This document shows, in pieces, positions 1 to 10,007 of a stretch of DNA of 64,000 nucleotides; position 1 is the first letter of the stretch; every line of letters begins with the position of its first letter. The stretch comes from an uncultured Chloroflexia bacterium. Lineage in GTDB: Bacteria; Chloroflexota; Limnocylindria; Limnocylindrales; CSP1-4. Where the stretch lies: assembly GCA_963789865.1 (NCBI GenBank), contig CAWBMD010000005.1, positions 15,465 through 79,464 of the forward strand. Reading direction: 5' to 3'. The notes under the pieces are model-generated. The model had not been told where the DNA came from and searched no databases. It saw only the letters and a program-made list of their open reading frames with translations. Position numbers and translations under genes: made by a program.

Positions 1-729
1 CCGAAGCCCGGGTCGGAGTCCGGCCAGATGATCAGGGCCGGGATCCCTGCCAGGCGCGGCAGGTTCGCCTCGACCTCTCGAAGGTAGGTCGTGCCCGGCC
101 GTGATCTCGCGCGGGAGGACGCGCATGATGTGGCGCCGATCCCGCGGGAACGGGCCCTGCATAGGCGGCCCGCTCGGTCGCCGGTGAGCCGTCCACGCTT
201 GAGGTTCAGGGGCAGGTACAGCCGGAGCATCAGGTCCAGGCGCTCCACCGTCAGCGCGCCGAGCGGACCGCCCATCAGCGCCGAGAACAGGCGGACACGG
301 AGCCGGTCGTCGGGCCAGGCCCAGGTGTTGCCGATGACGAGCGCGCGGACCAGCTCCGGCCGACGCCCGGCGCAGCCCGAGGCCGATCGGCCCGCCCCAG
401 GCGTAGCCGAAGACCAGCAGGTCGGTCAGGCCGAGCTGGTCGACGAGCGCCTCGATCACGGTCGAGTGCGACCGCGGCCGGAAGTCGTACCCGGGCGCCT
501 CGCGTGAGAGGCCGAAGCCCGGGTAGTCCGGAGCGATGCAGCGGAACGACCCTCGCAGGGAGGGATCGACGTCGCGCCAGCCGAAGGACCAGCTCGGGTT
601 GCCGTTGAGCAGCAGGAGCGGCGGGCCCGTGCCCTCGTCGAGGTAGTGGACGAGGTGCCCGTCGATCTCGGCCCAGTGGTCATCGAACGGGTAGAGGTCG
701 CCCGGGACCCAGGCCGGCCGGGTCGGCAT
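1..729 (-). CDS. alpha/beta-fold hydrolase, haloalkane dehalogenase-like. Partial: C-terminus runs off the window start. At least 2-3 reading-frame disruptions.
   Basis: Minus-strand translation from the ATG at 729 gives MPTRPAWVPGDLYPFDDHWAEIDGHLVHYLDEGTGPPLLLLNGNPSWSF…IAPDYPGFGLS…GYAWGGPIGLG, an alpha/beta hydrolase core with a G-x-W-G-G nucleophile-elbow-like segment. The continuation (…ELVRALVIGNTWAWPDD…, …YLREVEANLPRLAGIPALIIWPDSDPGF) lies in other frames. Confidence 0.6.
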   Translation of the reverse strand, partial: MPTRPAWVPGDLYPFDDHWAEIDGHLVHYLDEGTGPPLLLLNGNPSWSFGWRDVDPSLRGSFRCIAPDYPGFGLSREAPGYDFRPRSHSTVIEALVDQLGLTDLLVFGYAWGGPIGLGLRRASAGAGPRARHRQHLGLARRPAPCPPVLGADGRSARRADGGAPGPDAPAVPAPEPQAWTAHRRPSGPPMQGPFPRDRRHIMRVLPREITAGHDLPSRGRGEPAAPGRDPGPDHLAGLRPGLR

Positions 730-888
730 CACGTCACTCCGCCTCCATGCGCAGGCTCACCAACGCCGCCGACCTTGGGCCATGCGCATCCCGGCGTCAA
801 CTGGCAAGCTGGCGTGTGGCATCGGCAACCCCGGCGTCGACACGTCGTCCTGCGCTGCGGGCCTCCGGATCGCGCTACGCTCACGGTC

Positions 889-1972
889 ATGGATACCTTC
901 GGAATCGGCATCGTCGGCACCGGCAACATCGCGGGCGGATACGCACGCGATATCCTGACCCACCCCGAGCTCCGGCTGGTCGCCGCAACGGACCTCGATC
1001 CCGTGCGCCTGGCCGCCTTCGCCGCGCGAGCAGGGCTGCCGGGCTCACGCGTCCCTGGACGACCTGCTGGCCGACCCGGACGTGGACATCGTGGTCAACC
1101 TGACCGTCCACCATGCCCACCACGAGGTCACCCGGCGCGCCCTGGAGGCCGGGCGCCACGTGTACAGCGAGAAGCCGCTGGCCCTCAGGTCGGGCGAGGC
1201 CCGGGAGCTCCTGGCGCTTGCCGACGGACGAGGTCTCCGCCTGGGCTGCTCGCCGTCGACGTTCCTGGGCGAGGCCCAGCAGACCGCGGCCGCGTGGATC
1301 CGGGACGGGCGCCTGGGAACGGTCCGCGCGATCTACGCCGACGTCAGCTGGGGCCGCATCGAGACATGGCACCCGGCTCCTGCGGCATTCTTCGATGTCG
1401 GCGTGATGGTGGACGTCGCGGTCTACCCGTTGACCCTGGCCACGTCGATCATCGGGCCGGCCCGCTCGGTGCGTGCCTGGGGCTGGAACGTGATGCCGGA
1501 CCGCGTGGCGCTGGACGGCACGCCGTTCCGGATCGGCAGTCCCGACCTGATCGTGGCGGCCGTCGAGCTGGAGGGCGGCGCCGTCCTCCGGCTCACGGCG
1601 AGCTTCTACGTGGGGCGCCCGGTCAGGCAGCAGGGCGCCCTGGAGTTTCACGGCGACGCCGCCTCGCTCGCCCTGGGCAGCTTCCAGGAGTTCAATGCGG
1701 CGGTTGAGGTCGGCCCCTACGACGGTGCCTACGTGCAGGTGCCGCTGGTCCGGCCGCCGTTCGCCGGCATCGCGTGGGCCCGCGGGCTGGCGGACATGGC
1801 CGCCGCGATCGCCGAGGGGCGGCCGCACCGGATCGCCGCGGAACAGGCCGCCCACGTGGTGGACATCCTGGAGGCGGCGTCGGCCTCCATGGCCGCGGAC
1901 GGGCGGCGGGTCGAGGTGACCTCCACGATCTCCGCCCCACCGCTGATGCCGTGGGCGTCGCTCACGCCCTGA
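889..1972 (+). CDS. Gfo/Idh/MocA family NAD(P)-dependent oxidoreductase. One apparent frameshift near 1046.
   Basis: N-terminus MDTFGIGIVGTGNIAGGYARDILTHPELRLVAATDLDPVRL (Rossmann GxGxxG) sits in the frame of ORF 646..1707. The remainder, DIVVNLTVHHAHHEV…EKPLAL…, sits in ORF 1082..1972. Confidence 0.8.
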
Positions 1973-1984
1973 CCCGTCGGCAGC

Positions 1985-3826
1985 CTACGACCGGCTGATC
2001 TCGCGGACGTTGTCGAACAGCGTCAGGACGGCGAGACCGACGATCGCCGCGAAGACGATCGGCGTTGTGAACTCGTAGAACAGGATGAGCGCGCTCACCC
2101 CGGCAAGGACGAGCGTCGACCGCAGCAGCAGGACCGTCAGCCTGCGCCGGAAGGCCGACTCGAGCACCGCGTAGACCGCGATCGCGAGCAGGAGTGCCCC
2201 GTACCAGGGGACAGGCGTCAGCCATGGTACGGCCACGGTGGCGACCAGGAGCACGCTGATGCTGATGGCGGACCAGATCTCGATGAGCCGTCCGTAGCGG
2301 GTCATCTCTGGTGGGACAGGGTGATGATCATCGTGGAGGTGCGCGCGCGGGTCGCCGAAGTCGCCAGCGCGGAGTCGTTCCAGCTCGCGCCTGCTGGCCC
2401 GGATCGATTCGGACAGGACGCCTTCCTGCGTGCGGCCCTTGTTGACCTCTGACTCGCGCTTGGCCAGCTCGGCCGCCCGACCCGCGTGGATCGCGGCGAA
2501 GCTCTGGTCCTTGGACAGGGCCCGGACCTCCAGGTCCAGGCCGTCGAGGCTTGCCGCGTGGGCGTCGTTCTCGGCCCGCAGCGCCACCAGGGCGGCCTCC
2601 AGCTCCGCCAGGCGGGCCTCGAGCGCCGCTGGCATCCGGAACGGCGGCGCCGCCTTGGCCAGGCCGGCCCAGCCGATCGGGTCGTTCCACGACTGGCGGA
2701 TCGTGCCGGAGCGGGTGTACTTCGGCCCGGCCGGAGCCCTCTCACCGGCGAAGCGGTCGAACGTGTCGAGCCCCATGAGGCCCCGGTAGCCGTCGACCCA
2801 CGGGACCGAATCGTCGATCAGGACGGGCGTCCACAGCTCGCCGCCCTCGCCGCCCACCTGGAGGCCATCGCCTCGCGCGTAGTCGATGAACGGGATGCTC
2901 AGCGCGCGATCCAGCGAGGCCGCCAGGTCGCCCGGATCCGGTTGCCGCAGCGTGTCGCGCCAGAGCGATCGGAGCGCATCGAGGAACCCGTGGAGGCGGC
3001 GTGCGCCGGGGATTGGCGCCGCCGTCATGTACTCGCCGGCCTCGAAGTAGGCCGCGTGGGAGCCCGCCCCCGCGTGGATCACCGGGTGATCCCCCACCTT
3101 CACCAGGTACGGGTCGTCCCATCGTCGTCGCAGCTGATCGCCCGAGTAGTCGTGGGCCGCACAGGCGAACCAGACGGGCCTCGGCCCGTCCGGGGCATCC
3201 TCGAGGAAGACGTACGCCTGCTCCAGGTCCGACTCGTGGTCGTTCGCCCCCGAGAAGGTGGAACGCCAGTCGTTCATGAAGTAGAAGTACATGTAGTGGA
3301 GCACGATCCAGCCCTCGGACCGGAGGACGCGCCCGTGGTAGACGTACCGCGGGTCAACCTTGCGGACCGCCTCGTACTTCTGCGAGGCCGCTGCGGTCGT
3401 GCCGCCGGGGACGGTGCCCCGGAGCAGGAGCGACGCGGTGAAGCCGGTGTCCACGAGCCGGGCGAAGATGCCGACACGTGCGAGGCGGCTCGGGGCGTGG
3501 AACTCGGGACGCTCCGGGCGACGGTTCCAGCGCGCGAGATCGAGCCCGCCGAGCGGCTGCTGGCCCAGCCGCAGGGAGAGGGTCTCCCCGGGAGGAGCGA
3601 CGAACGAGACAAGGCGCTCCTCGGTCAGCTCGCCATAGGGCACGAGGAGTCGCCGGTCGCGCTCGGACCCCCCCACGAACAGGTCGCACTCGGGGATGTA
3701 CGAGGAGACCGCGGCCGGGAAGAAGAGCTCGCCCTGCGTGTAGCGGACCACCGGCTCATACGCCTGCAGGAGATCGAGATCGGAAGCACTCCCGATCCCG
3801 TCCCCTCGCCTCTCGCCGTCGATCAC
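1985..3826 (-). CDS. large hypothetical protein: N-terminal globular region, central coiled-coil, 2-3 C-terminal transmembrane helices
   Basis: 613-aa ORF with coherent composition. Coiled-coil segment ALEARLAELEAALVALRAENDAH…; C-terminal hydrophobic helices LIEIWSAISISVLLVATVAVPWL / YGALLLAIAVYAVL / LVLAGVSALILFYEFTTPIVFAAIVGLAVL. I recognise no family. Confidence 0.7.
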   Translation of the reverse strand: MIDGERRGDGIGSASDLDLLQAYEPVVRYTQGELFFPAAVSSYIPECDLFVGGSERDRRLLVPYGELTEERLVSFVAPPGETLSLRLGQQPLGGLDLARWNRRPERPEFHAPSRLARVGIFARLVDTGFTASLLLRGTVPGGTTAAASQKYEAVRKVDPRYVYHGRVLRSEGWIVLHYMYFYFMNDWRSTFSGANDHESDLEQAYVFLEDAPDGPRPVWFACAAHDYSGDQLRRRWDDPYLVKVGDHPVIHAGAGSHAAYFEAGEYMTAAPIPGARRLHGFLDALRSLWRDTLRQPDPGDLAASLDRALSIPFIDYARGDGLQVGGEGGELWTPVLIDDSVPWVDGYRGLMGLDTFDRFAGERAPAGPKYTRSGTIRQSWNDPIGWAGLAKAAPPFRMPAALEARLAELEAALVALRAENDAHAASLDGLDLEVRALSKDQSFAAIHAGRAAELAKRESEVNKGRTQEGVLSESIRASRRELERLRAGDFGDPRAHLHDDHHPVPPEMTRYGRLIEIWSAISISVLLVATVAVPWLTPVPWYGALLLAIAVYAVLESAFRRRLTVLLLRSTLVLAGVSALILFYEFTTPIVFAAIVGLAVLTLFDNVREISRS

Positions 3827-4296
3827 GGGCGGTCGTCCGCTTCCACCGCGAGGACAACCGGCTCAGGCTCGGCCGGTGGCACGAGGTAGATCTCCTTGAC
3901 CTCGCGCTGGTTGAGGTAGAAGGCCGACACGACGAAGATCGCCATGTTGACGAAGTTCGGGTCCGCCCAGATCCATAAGGCGATCTGCAGGAGCAGCCCG
4001 ACGCCGGTCAGCAGCATGATGGCGTACCAGCCGAATCGGTGGAACCGCCACAGAGCGACGGCTCCGGCGAGCGCCAGGAGCCCCAGGCCGACGAACAGGT
4101 CGTCGAGGAGGGGGGCCTTGTTCCCGAAGAGGGCCACGAGGCTTCCGCCCCGCGGGCCGAGGAACCCTCCCACGGCCGCCAGGTTGGCGCCAACGTTGGC
4201 CAGCTGGAACAGCACGAGGAGGACGACCCCGAAGGGCCTCGTCCGCCGGCCGACGATCGGTCCGGTCGGGCCTTCCGTCGTTGCGGCCTCGGTCAC
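3823..4296 (-). CDS. small integral membrane protein, 3-4 TM (DoxX-like?); start uncertain
   Basis: Its stop overlaps the start of the upstream gene at 3823-3826, suggesting translational coupling. Hydrophobic helices FGVVLLVLFQLANVGANLAAVGGFL, LFVGLGLLALAGAVALW, AIMLLTGVGLLLQIALWIW. GTG at 4296 taken as a provisional start. Confidence 0.5.
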   Translation of the reverse strand: MTEAATTEGPTGPIVGRRTRPFGVVLLVLFQLANVGANLAAVGGFLGPRGGSLVALFGNKAPLLDDLFVGLGLLALAGAVALWRFHRFGWYAIMLLTGVGLLLQIALWIWADPNFVNMAIFVVSAFYLNQREVKEIYLVPPAEPEPVVLAVEADDRP

Positions 4297-4438
4297 GGTA
4301 GTGCTCCTGCAACTCGACGAACGGAGTGTAGTCGCCGGACTGGCCTCGGTGCCTGACTGGCGCACGCACCGGTCCCTCGTGCCACTGGACGCGAGTTCGA
4401 GTTTGACGATCACGCCCGACCGACCTCATGCTTCACGC

Positions 4439-5329
4439 ATGCCCGGGCTCCACCCTCTCTCGATCCCCGCCCGACCCATGGTCGCCGACGGTGCCATGGG
4501 GACGGCCCTGTTCGCGGCGGGGATGCCCGCCGGGGCGGCGCCCGAGGCCTGGCTGCTGACCGTGGCCGGCGCCGCAGCCATCACGGAGGTGCACCGCGGT
4601 CATGTCCTGGCGGGTGCCCGCATCCTCCTGACCTCGACCTTCGGCGCCAATCCTTTTCGCCTGGCCGGATCCGTCCTTGAGGGGCGCAGCGGCGAGGTCT
4701 GCCGGGCGGCCGTGGCGGCTGCCCGTGCGGCCCGTGGCGCGGCGGCCGGGCCGGCGATGATCGTCGCCGGCAGCCTGGGGCCCACGGGCGGCCTGCTGGC
4801 ACCGTATGGCCCCCTGGACCCGGGTGCCGTCCGGGCGGCGTACGCAGAGGAGGCCGCGTCGCTCGTCGCGGCGGGCGTGGACGTGCTGTGGGTCGAGACG
4901 ATGATGGACCTGCGCGAGGCCGTCGCCGCCGTGGATGGTGCACGCGATGCGGCGCCCGAGGTCCCGGTGATCGCCACGCTGGTGTTCTCGCGGGGACGGA
5001 CGATGTTCGGCGACACGCCGGCCGATGCCGCGGCCACCCTCGCCGGGCACGGAGTCTCGGGCGTGGGTGCCAACTGCGGCGACGGGTTCGCCTCTGTGGA
5101 GGAGGTCATCCCGGCGCTGGCTGCGGCGGCGCCCGGTCTGCACGTGATCGCCAAGGCCAACGCCGGGGTCCCGATACGGCAATCGGACGGGCGGACCGTC
5201 TACCCGGGAACGGCCATCGAGGCGGGGGCGTACGCCCGACGGGTCGCCGACGCCGGCGCGACCATCGTCGGCGGCTGCTGCGGCACGACAGCGGACCACG
5301 TCGCGGCCATCGCGGCCGCACTCGCGTAG
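4439..5329 (+). CDS. homocysteine S-methyltransferase family protein (MmuM/BHMT-like)
   Basis: VADGAMGTALF…LLTSTFGANPF…GVDVLWVETMMDL…GVSGVGANCG…IVGGCCGTT: the Pfam S-methyl_trans signature, including the C-terminal GGCCGT zinc-binding motif. Confidence 0.85.
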   Translation: MPGLHPLSIPARPMVADGAMGTALFAAGMPAGAAPEAWLLTVAGAAAITEVHRGHVLAGARILLTSTFGANPFRLAGSVLEGRSGEVCRAAVAAARAARGAAAGPAMIVAGSLGPTGGLLAPYGPLDPGAVRAAYAEEAASLVAAGVDVLWVETMMDLREAVAAVDGARDAAPEVPVIATLVFSRGRTMFGDTPADAAATLAGHGVSGVGANCGDGFASVEEVIPALAAAAPGLHVIAKANAGVPIRQSDGRTVYPGTAIEAGAYARRVADAGATIVGGCCGTTADHVAAIAAALA

Positions 5330-5392
5330 TCTGGACAGCCGTCGCCGGTCTCCCCGGGCAGGACCACGCCCGCCCTGGCGCCCGGACCGTCG

Positions 5393-5662
5393 CTAGCCTC
5401 GCTTCCGCGGCTTCTCGCCGTCCTCCGTCGCCTGGGCCTCCTCCGCCCGGTGCGCGGCCAGATCCCGCTTCGCCTTGCGGTCGAAGAAGGGGATCACGAA
5501 CGGCATCATGCACAGGCCGGCGATGAACAATGGGATGAACAGCACGAGGACGCCGTTCGCCTGGTCGGGCAGCAGGGCCGTGACCAGTGTCACGCCCAGC
5601 CCATAGCCCAGCAACCCCACCGGCAGCGAGAGCGCGAACAGGATGTTGGGCAGATACCGCAT
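5393..5662 (-). CDS. small membrane protein (2 TM), hypothetical
   Basis: MRYLPNILFALSLPVGLLGYGLGVTLVTALL…VLVLFIPLFIAGLCMMPFVIPFF followed by a charged tail. Its start at 5662 sits 5 nt from the stop of the upstream gene, suggesting an operon. Confidence 0.55.
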   Translation of the reverse strand: MRYLPNILFALSLPVGLLGYGLGVTLVTALLPDQANGVLVLFIPLFIAGLCMMPFVIPFFDRKAKRDLAAHRAEEAQATEDGEKPRKRG

Positions 5663-5666
5663 GGGA

Positions 5667-6398
5667 TCAGGGCAGCTGGCCCGCAACCGGTGGTGCGGCC
5701 TCATACGTCTTCGGGATGGAGCCCGCGTAGTCCACGCCGCCCTCGACGAAGGTGATCTTCTGCATGTCGAGCCCCGTCACCTGGGGAAGGCGCGTCGCGA
5801 GGTACCCGTTGATGGCGTCCTCGGCCTTCGTCTGGAGGAAGCCCGGGACGCCGAAGGCACCGAACTTCAGCGAGTCGAAGTGGACGGTGGCCGCCTGCGG
5901 ACCGGTCACGTCGAGGTGCCACGTTGCGTCGACCGGTCCCGAGAACGGGTAGCCCCAGGGGGCGAAGTCGACCACCGCGCTCGTCTCGACGTAGCCATCG
6001 TGGAACCGGATGTGGACGTCGCTGATCCCGGGGGCAGGCTGGCTGACCTCCGGGAGCGCCATCACCGTGGCCTCGGAGACGGTCTGGTCGAGCGGCACCG
6101 ATCCCGAGAACGTGTGCTTCGACGCGAGGGTGTAGTTCTCCGGGGCCGAGGGAGTCTCGATCCCCAGCTGCTTCTTGAGGGCGGCGTACGAGGCGGCATC
6201 GGCTGGCTGGCCGCCCAGGTCCGCCGCCTTGTCCATCCCGAGGGCCGACGACAGGATCGGGACGTGGACGGCGCCCGTGCACGAGGCGACCAGGACACCC
6301 AGGACGATCAGGACCAGGATCGCGACAAGCAGCTTGCGCACGCGACGTTCCTCCACGCGATCCCGTTGTCCGCGGACCGCCGACGGGGACGCAGCCAT
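5667..6398 (-). CDS. hypothetical secreted lipoprotein
   Basis: N-terminal signal with lipobox (…LIVLGVLVASC). Mature region is T/S/P/G-rich with no recognised catalytic motif. Confidence 0.65.
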   Translation of the reverse strand: MAASPSAVRGQRDRVEERRVRKLLVAILVLIVLGVLVASCTGAVHVPILSSALGMDKAADLGGQPADAASYAALKKQLGIETPSAPENYTLASKHTFSGSVPLDQTVSEATVMALPEVSQPAPGISDVHIRFHDGYVETSAVVDFAPWGYPFSGPVDATWHLDVTGPQAATVHFDSLKFGAFGVPGFLQTKAEDAINGYLATRLPQVTGLDMQKITFVEGGVDYAGSIPKTYEAAPPVAGQLP

Positions 6399-6456
6399 CT
6401 TACCGGCGGATCCGGCCCCTGACGCAGTGTCGGGACGGAGCTCCCTGCAGATCCGT

Positions 6457-7461
6457 TCAGGCGACGGCGACGGGGCGTTCCACGGCGGCGTCCGGTCGGA
6501 GCCTGCGGTCGATGAGGACCCTCACCACGTACGTGATCTCGAGGTCCGCACCGTCGAACGAGGGGGCCGTGTCGAGCGGCAGCGCCAGCGAGACCCCGCC
6601 GTTCCCCGCCCGGAGCTCGTCCGAGGTCGTTGCCTCCACCGCGATGATGCCCTCGGCGCCGTTGGGCGCGTTCGTCCGCCGGTGCAGCTCGATGCGGGCC
6701 GGACCGCCCGGGGCGCCGGGCCACGCGGCACGGACGCCGATCGCTGATCCCGGCGAGGCCGGCAGGGGCGTCGTCACAGAGATGCTCGCCCCGTCGACAT
6801 CGACGGTGTCCAGCATCGCCGTCCCTCCCTGCCTGCCGACGCCGGCGCGGATCAGGTCCGGGTGCTGTGCGATGGGCACCAGCACCGCGACGAAGGCGTC
6901 ATCGCCCATGGCCACGTCCCAGCGTGCCTCGAGCGCCCACGCCACGATGGCCTCGCCCAGGTGCGCGCTCGGCGGTCCAAGCGGCGGCGCCGGCACCCGG
7001 AACGTCGTCTCGAACACCTGGCCAGGGGCGAGGGACGCGGGGATCGCCGGGTCCGCGAACGCGTCCTCCACGAAGAGGCGCCCGTTGGCCTCGACCCAGT
7101 TCTCGGTCGTGGTCGTGTTCTCGCCGGTCCTGTGGGTCTCGCTCTTGCGCTCCTCGACCAGGCGGAGACCCACGAGGCGCAGCGCGGCCTTCCTCGCCGA
7201 CACCGCCTCCACCCCGGTCAGGCGCAACGTTCCCTCGATCCCCTCCCCCACCCGCACCGGACCGGCGAGGCGGAATTCACCGGCGATCCTGCCCGACGAC
7301 TGTTTGATGAGGTCCTCGGCGCGGACCCCATGGAGTGGGTGCGAGCCCTCGTAGCCGGCCAGCCGCGTGCCGTTGGCGGCATCGAAGGGTTCGGGGCAGT
7401 GACCCTGGTGCATCGGGAAGCCGAAGGCTCCGCTGCCGCTGCCGAACGAGATCGAGACCAT
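6457..7461 (-). CDS. hypothetical protein; possibly arrestin-like / SpoOM-like fold (weak)
   Basis: 334-aa ORF with coherent composition, first gene of a three-gene minus-strand operon (6457-7461, 5667-6398, 5393-5662). Family assignment is only an impression. Confidence 0.6.
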   Translation of the reverse strand: MVSISFGSGSGAFGFPMHQGHCPEPFDAANGTRLAGYEGSHPLHGVRAEDLIKQSSGRIAGEFRLAGPVRVGEGIEGTLRLTGVEAVSARKAALRLVGLRLVEERKSETHRTGENTTTTENWVEANGRLFVEDAFADPAIPASLAPGQVFETTFRVPAPPLGPPSAHLGEAIVAWALEARWDVAMGDDAFVAVLVPIAQHPDLIRAGVGRQGGTAMLDTVDVDGASISVTTPLPASPGSAIGVRAAWPGAPGGPARIELHRRTNAPNGAEGIIAVEATTSDELRAGNGGVSLALPLDTAPSFDGADLEITYVVRVLIDRRLRPDAAVERPVAVA

Positions 7462-7590
7462 GCCGCCCTCCAGGTGCCGAAGCGCGGGTGTGCCCGCGCC
7501 AACGACCTTGAGCCATGCTCACGGTCGCGTCAACGATCCCGTGCGTCTGGCCACGAGCGACTCGGCCGGCCCGCGTTCGCCCGGCCCTGG

Positions 7591-7983
7591 TCAGCGCCGG
7601 GACAGGGCCCGCCGGATGTTCCTGAGCGCCTCGTCGAGCACCCGCCCCACGCCGTCCGCGTCGACACCGTCCCGCGTGTGCAGCCTGATCGTCACCTGGC
7701 AGGTGCTGGCGGTGCCTGCACCCACGACGACCGAGCCCGCGTACTCCGTGCCGGGGAGGCCCCACTCCACGCGCCGGGCCGCCCTGTCCACGAAGAACCG
7801 TGCCTCGTCCGCCTCCTGCCGCTCTCGCGGATCCATCTCCGCCGATTCGTCGCCATCGACTGCGATCGTCTCGACGTGCGCCATCGTGGGCACGTAGTCC
7901 GGGATCCGCTCCGGGTCCGCGAAGAAGGCGAATGCCGCGTCCTCCCCCACGCCCAACGTGGTGGTCCGCTCAAAATCGGCCAT
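7591..7983 (-). CDS. SRPBCC (polyketide cyclase/dehydrase-like) domain protein
   Basis: MADFERTTTLGVGEDAAFAFFADPERIPDYVPTMAHVETIAV…, about 130 aa, the typical SRPBCC size and N-terminal pattern. Start taken at the ATG at 7983. Confidence 0.65.
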   Translation of the reverse strand: MADFERTTTLGVGEDAAFAFFADPERIPDYVPTMAHVETIAVDGDESAEMDPRERQEADEARFFVDRAARRVEWGLPGTEYAGSVVVGAGTASTCQVTIRLHTRDGVDADGVGRVLDEALRNIRRALSRR

Positions 7984-8127
7984 GTCCGTCAGTCCTCGTT
8001 GTCGGTGAAGAGCGTCTTCGCGTGGCGGCCTGCCGAGGAGCATGCCAGGGAGCCGGGTCGCCCGCGCCGCACCATGATGCCGTGGAAGCGGGCGCGGACG
8101 GATCTCCCGATGATCCGACCGGAGCGG

Positions 8128-8775
8128 CTACCTCCCGGCCATCGCAGGCCCGCCGAAACGCGATGTCCGGAAGGCCCAGACCTCGCTCCCTGGGTCACTC
8201 CATGCGCGCGGCGGGAGTCCGGCTTTCCGACAGCACGTGTCGAGCATCGCGGTGCGGTCCATGCCGTGCACCGTGGCGACCTCGGGGAGGAGGAGGCCGC
8301 GACGCCCGCTGCGCTTGACGACGATGCCGTCCGTTCCCAGCCGGAACGAGAGGGGGTCCTCCAGGCGGAGCAGTGGGCCGAGGATCGAGATCTCGACGTC
8401 GGTCGCCGGCAGCTCCTCCGGGTCCAGGCGCCCGAACCGCGGGTCGTCCCGTGCAGCCCAGCGAGCCGCCTGGACGACGGAATCCCAGGCCGGCGCCTCG
8501 GGATCCATGGCGCCCATGCACCCGCGGAGCTCGCCTCGCTGCTCCAGCGTCACGAACGCGGCCCCGCGGCGCTCCGGCAACGGCCGTCGGCCGAGCTCCT
8601 CCTCAAGTCTCGCGGGGAGACAGGCCCCGGCGGCCACCGCCACCGCGACCCGCGCCAGCTCCAGCAGGCGCTCCTGCTCGGCAGGGTTGACGTCAACCGC
8701 GCGGGGGAGGCGCGCCGAAACGCTGGCGGCCGAACCACCGTGAAGCGACGAGCCGGTGAGATTGGGAGCCCGCAT
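8128..8775 (-). CDS. AMMECR1 domain protein (AmmeMemoRadiSam system protein A)
   Basis: …PAEQERLLELARVAV…RRGAAFVTLEQRGELRGCMGAMDPE…, the conserved AMMECR1 core (GAFVTL…LRGCIG). Transcribed divergently from the radical SAM / Memo pair. Confidence 0.85.
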   Translation of the reverse strand: MRAPNLTGSSLHGGSAASVSARLPRAVDVNPAEQERLLELARVAVAVAAGACLPARLEEELGRRPLPERRGAAFVTLEQRGELRGCMGAMDPEAPAWDSVVQAARWAARDDPRFGRLDPEELPATDVEISILGPLLRLEDPLSFRLGTDGIVVKRSGRRGLLLPEVATVHGMDRTAMLDTCCRKAGLPPRAWSDPGSEVWAFRTSRFGGPAMAGR

Positions 8776-8867
8776 GGCGATCGCGCCTCCAGTGCGCACG
8801 GATCATCGGTCCCACGAACGGCATCCACCAAGGGCGCAACCGCCACAATTCCGGACCGGCCGGCACT

Positions 8868-10007
8868 GTGGAACCCGGGACGATCGAGAGCAGACTGAGA
8901 GCGGAGTCGTCGATGTCACCGCTCGCCCCTTCCCATGTCGGTGCAGTCCCCACCATCCTCGCGACGTCGCAGCCGGATGGGTCGGTTCGCTGTGGCGTCT
9001 GCGCTCACCGCTGCCTCGTCCGGCGGGGACGACACGGCATCTGCGGCGTCCGTGAGAACCGGGACGGGCGGCTGTGGTGCGACGCCTACGGCTTGGTCGC
9101 CGCGGCCGGGGTGGACCCGATCGAGAAGAAGCCGCTGTTCCACGTGGATCCGGGGACGCTCGCGTACTCCATCTCCGCGACTGGATGCCCGTTCCATTGC
9201 ACGTTCTGCCAGAACTGGGAGATCGCGCAGGGGCCGCGTCTCGGGCTCGATATCCCGCTGCGCCCGATGCCGCCCGCGCGCATCGTCGCCGAGGCGAGGA
9301 AGGCAGGAGCCGGCTCCGTGGCGTATACGTACATCGAGCCGACGGTCTTCCTTGAATACGCCCTGGACACGGGACGCCTCGCGCGGGAGGCCGGGCTCCG
9401 GAACCTGTTCATCACGGACGGATACGCCACTCCCGAGGCGGTGGCCCTGCTCGCCGACGTCCTCGATGCAGCGAACGTGGATCTCAAGAGCTTCGACGAC
9501 TCCTTCTACCGCCGGCTGTGCGGTGGCCGTCTCGCGCACGTCCTGGCGGCCATGGTCGCCCTCCGGGTCGCCGGCGTGTGGCTGGAGATCACGACGCTCG
9601 TCATCCCCGGTCACAACGACCGTGACGATGAGCTCGGGGCCCTCACCCGCTGGATCGTCGAGAACCTGGGGGCCGGAACGCCGTGGCACGTGAGCCGGTT
9701 CTTCCCGGCATACCGGATGACGACCGTCCCCGCCACACCGTACGCGACCCTGCAGCGGGCGGCCGACATCGGGCGGGCCGCGGGCCTGCACCACGTCTAC
9801 GTGGGCAACGCCCCGGAGCTCCACCTCGAGGACACGCGCTGTCCCGGGTGCGGCATCCTGCTCGTGGAGCGGCGCGGCTACCGCAGTCGCTCGTTGCTCG
9901 GTGCAGGGGGAGCCTGCCCGGGGTGCGGGCGCCCCGCGGAGGGGCGATGGCCGCCGACCGGCAGTTCCGCCTCGGGTGTGTCGGCCACCCGGGGACTCGG
10001 ACGATGA
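8868..10007 (+). CDS. AmmeMemoRadiSam system radical SAM enzyme (PFL-activase-like)
   Basis: CGVCAHRC…GICG N-terminal Cys cluster, then CPFHCTFCQNWEIAQ (the radical SAM CxxxCxxC motif), GSVAYTYIEP, …DLKSFDD…. Confidence 0.9.
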   Translation: MEPGTIESRLRAESSMSPLAPSHVGAVPTILATSQPDGSVRCGVCAHRCLVRRGRHGICGVRENRDGRLWCDAYGLVAAAGVDPIEKKPLFHVDPGTLAYSISATGCPFHCTFCQNWEIAQGPRLGLDIPLRPMPPARIVAEARKAGAGSVAYTYIEPTVFLEYALDTGRLAREAGLRNLFITDGYATPEAVALLADVLDAANVDLKSFDDSFYRRLCGGRLAHVLAAMVALRVAGVWLEITTLVIPGHNDRDDELGALTRWIVENLGAGTPWHVSRFFPAYRMTTVPATPYATLQRAADIGRAAGLHHVYVGNAPELHLEDTRCPGCGILLVERRGYRSRSLLGAGGACPGCGRPAEGRWPPTGSSASGVSATRGLGR

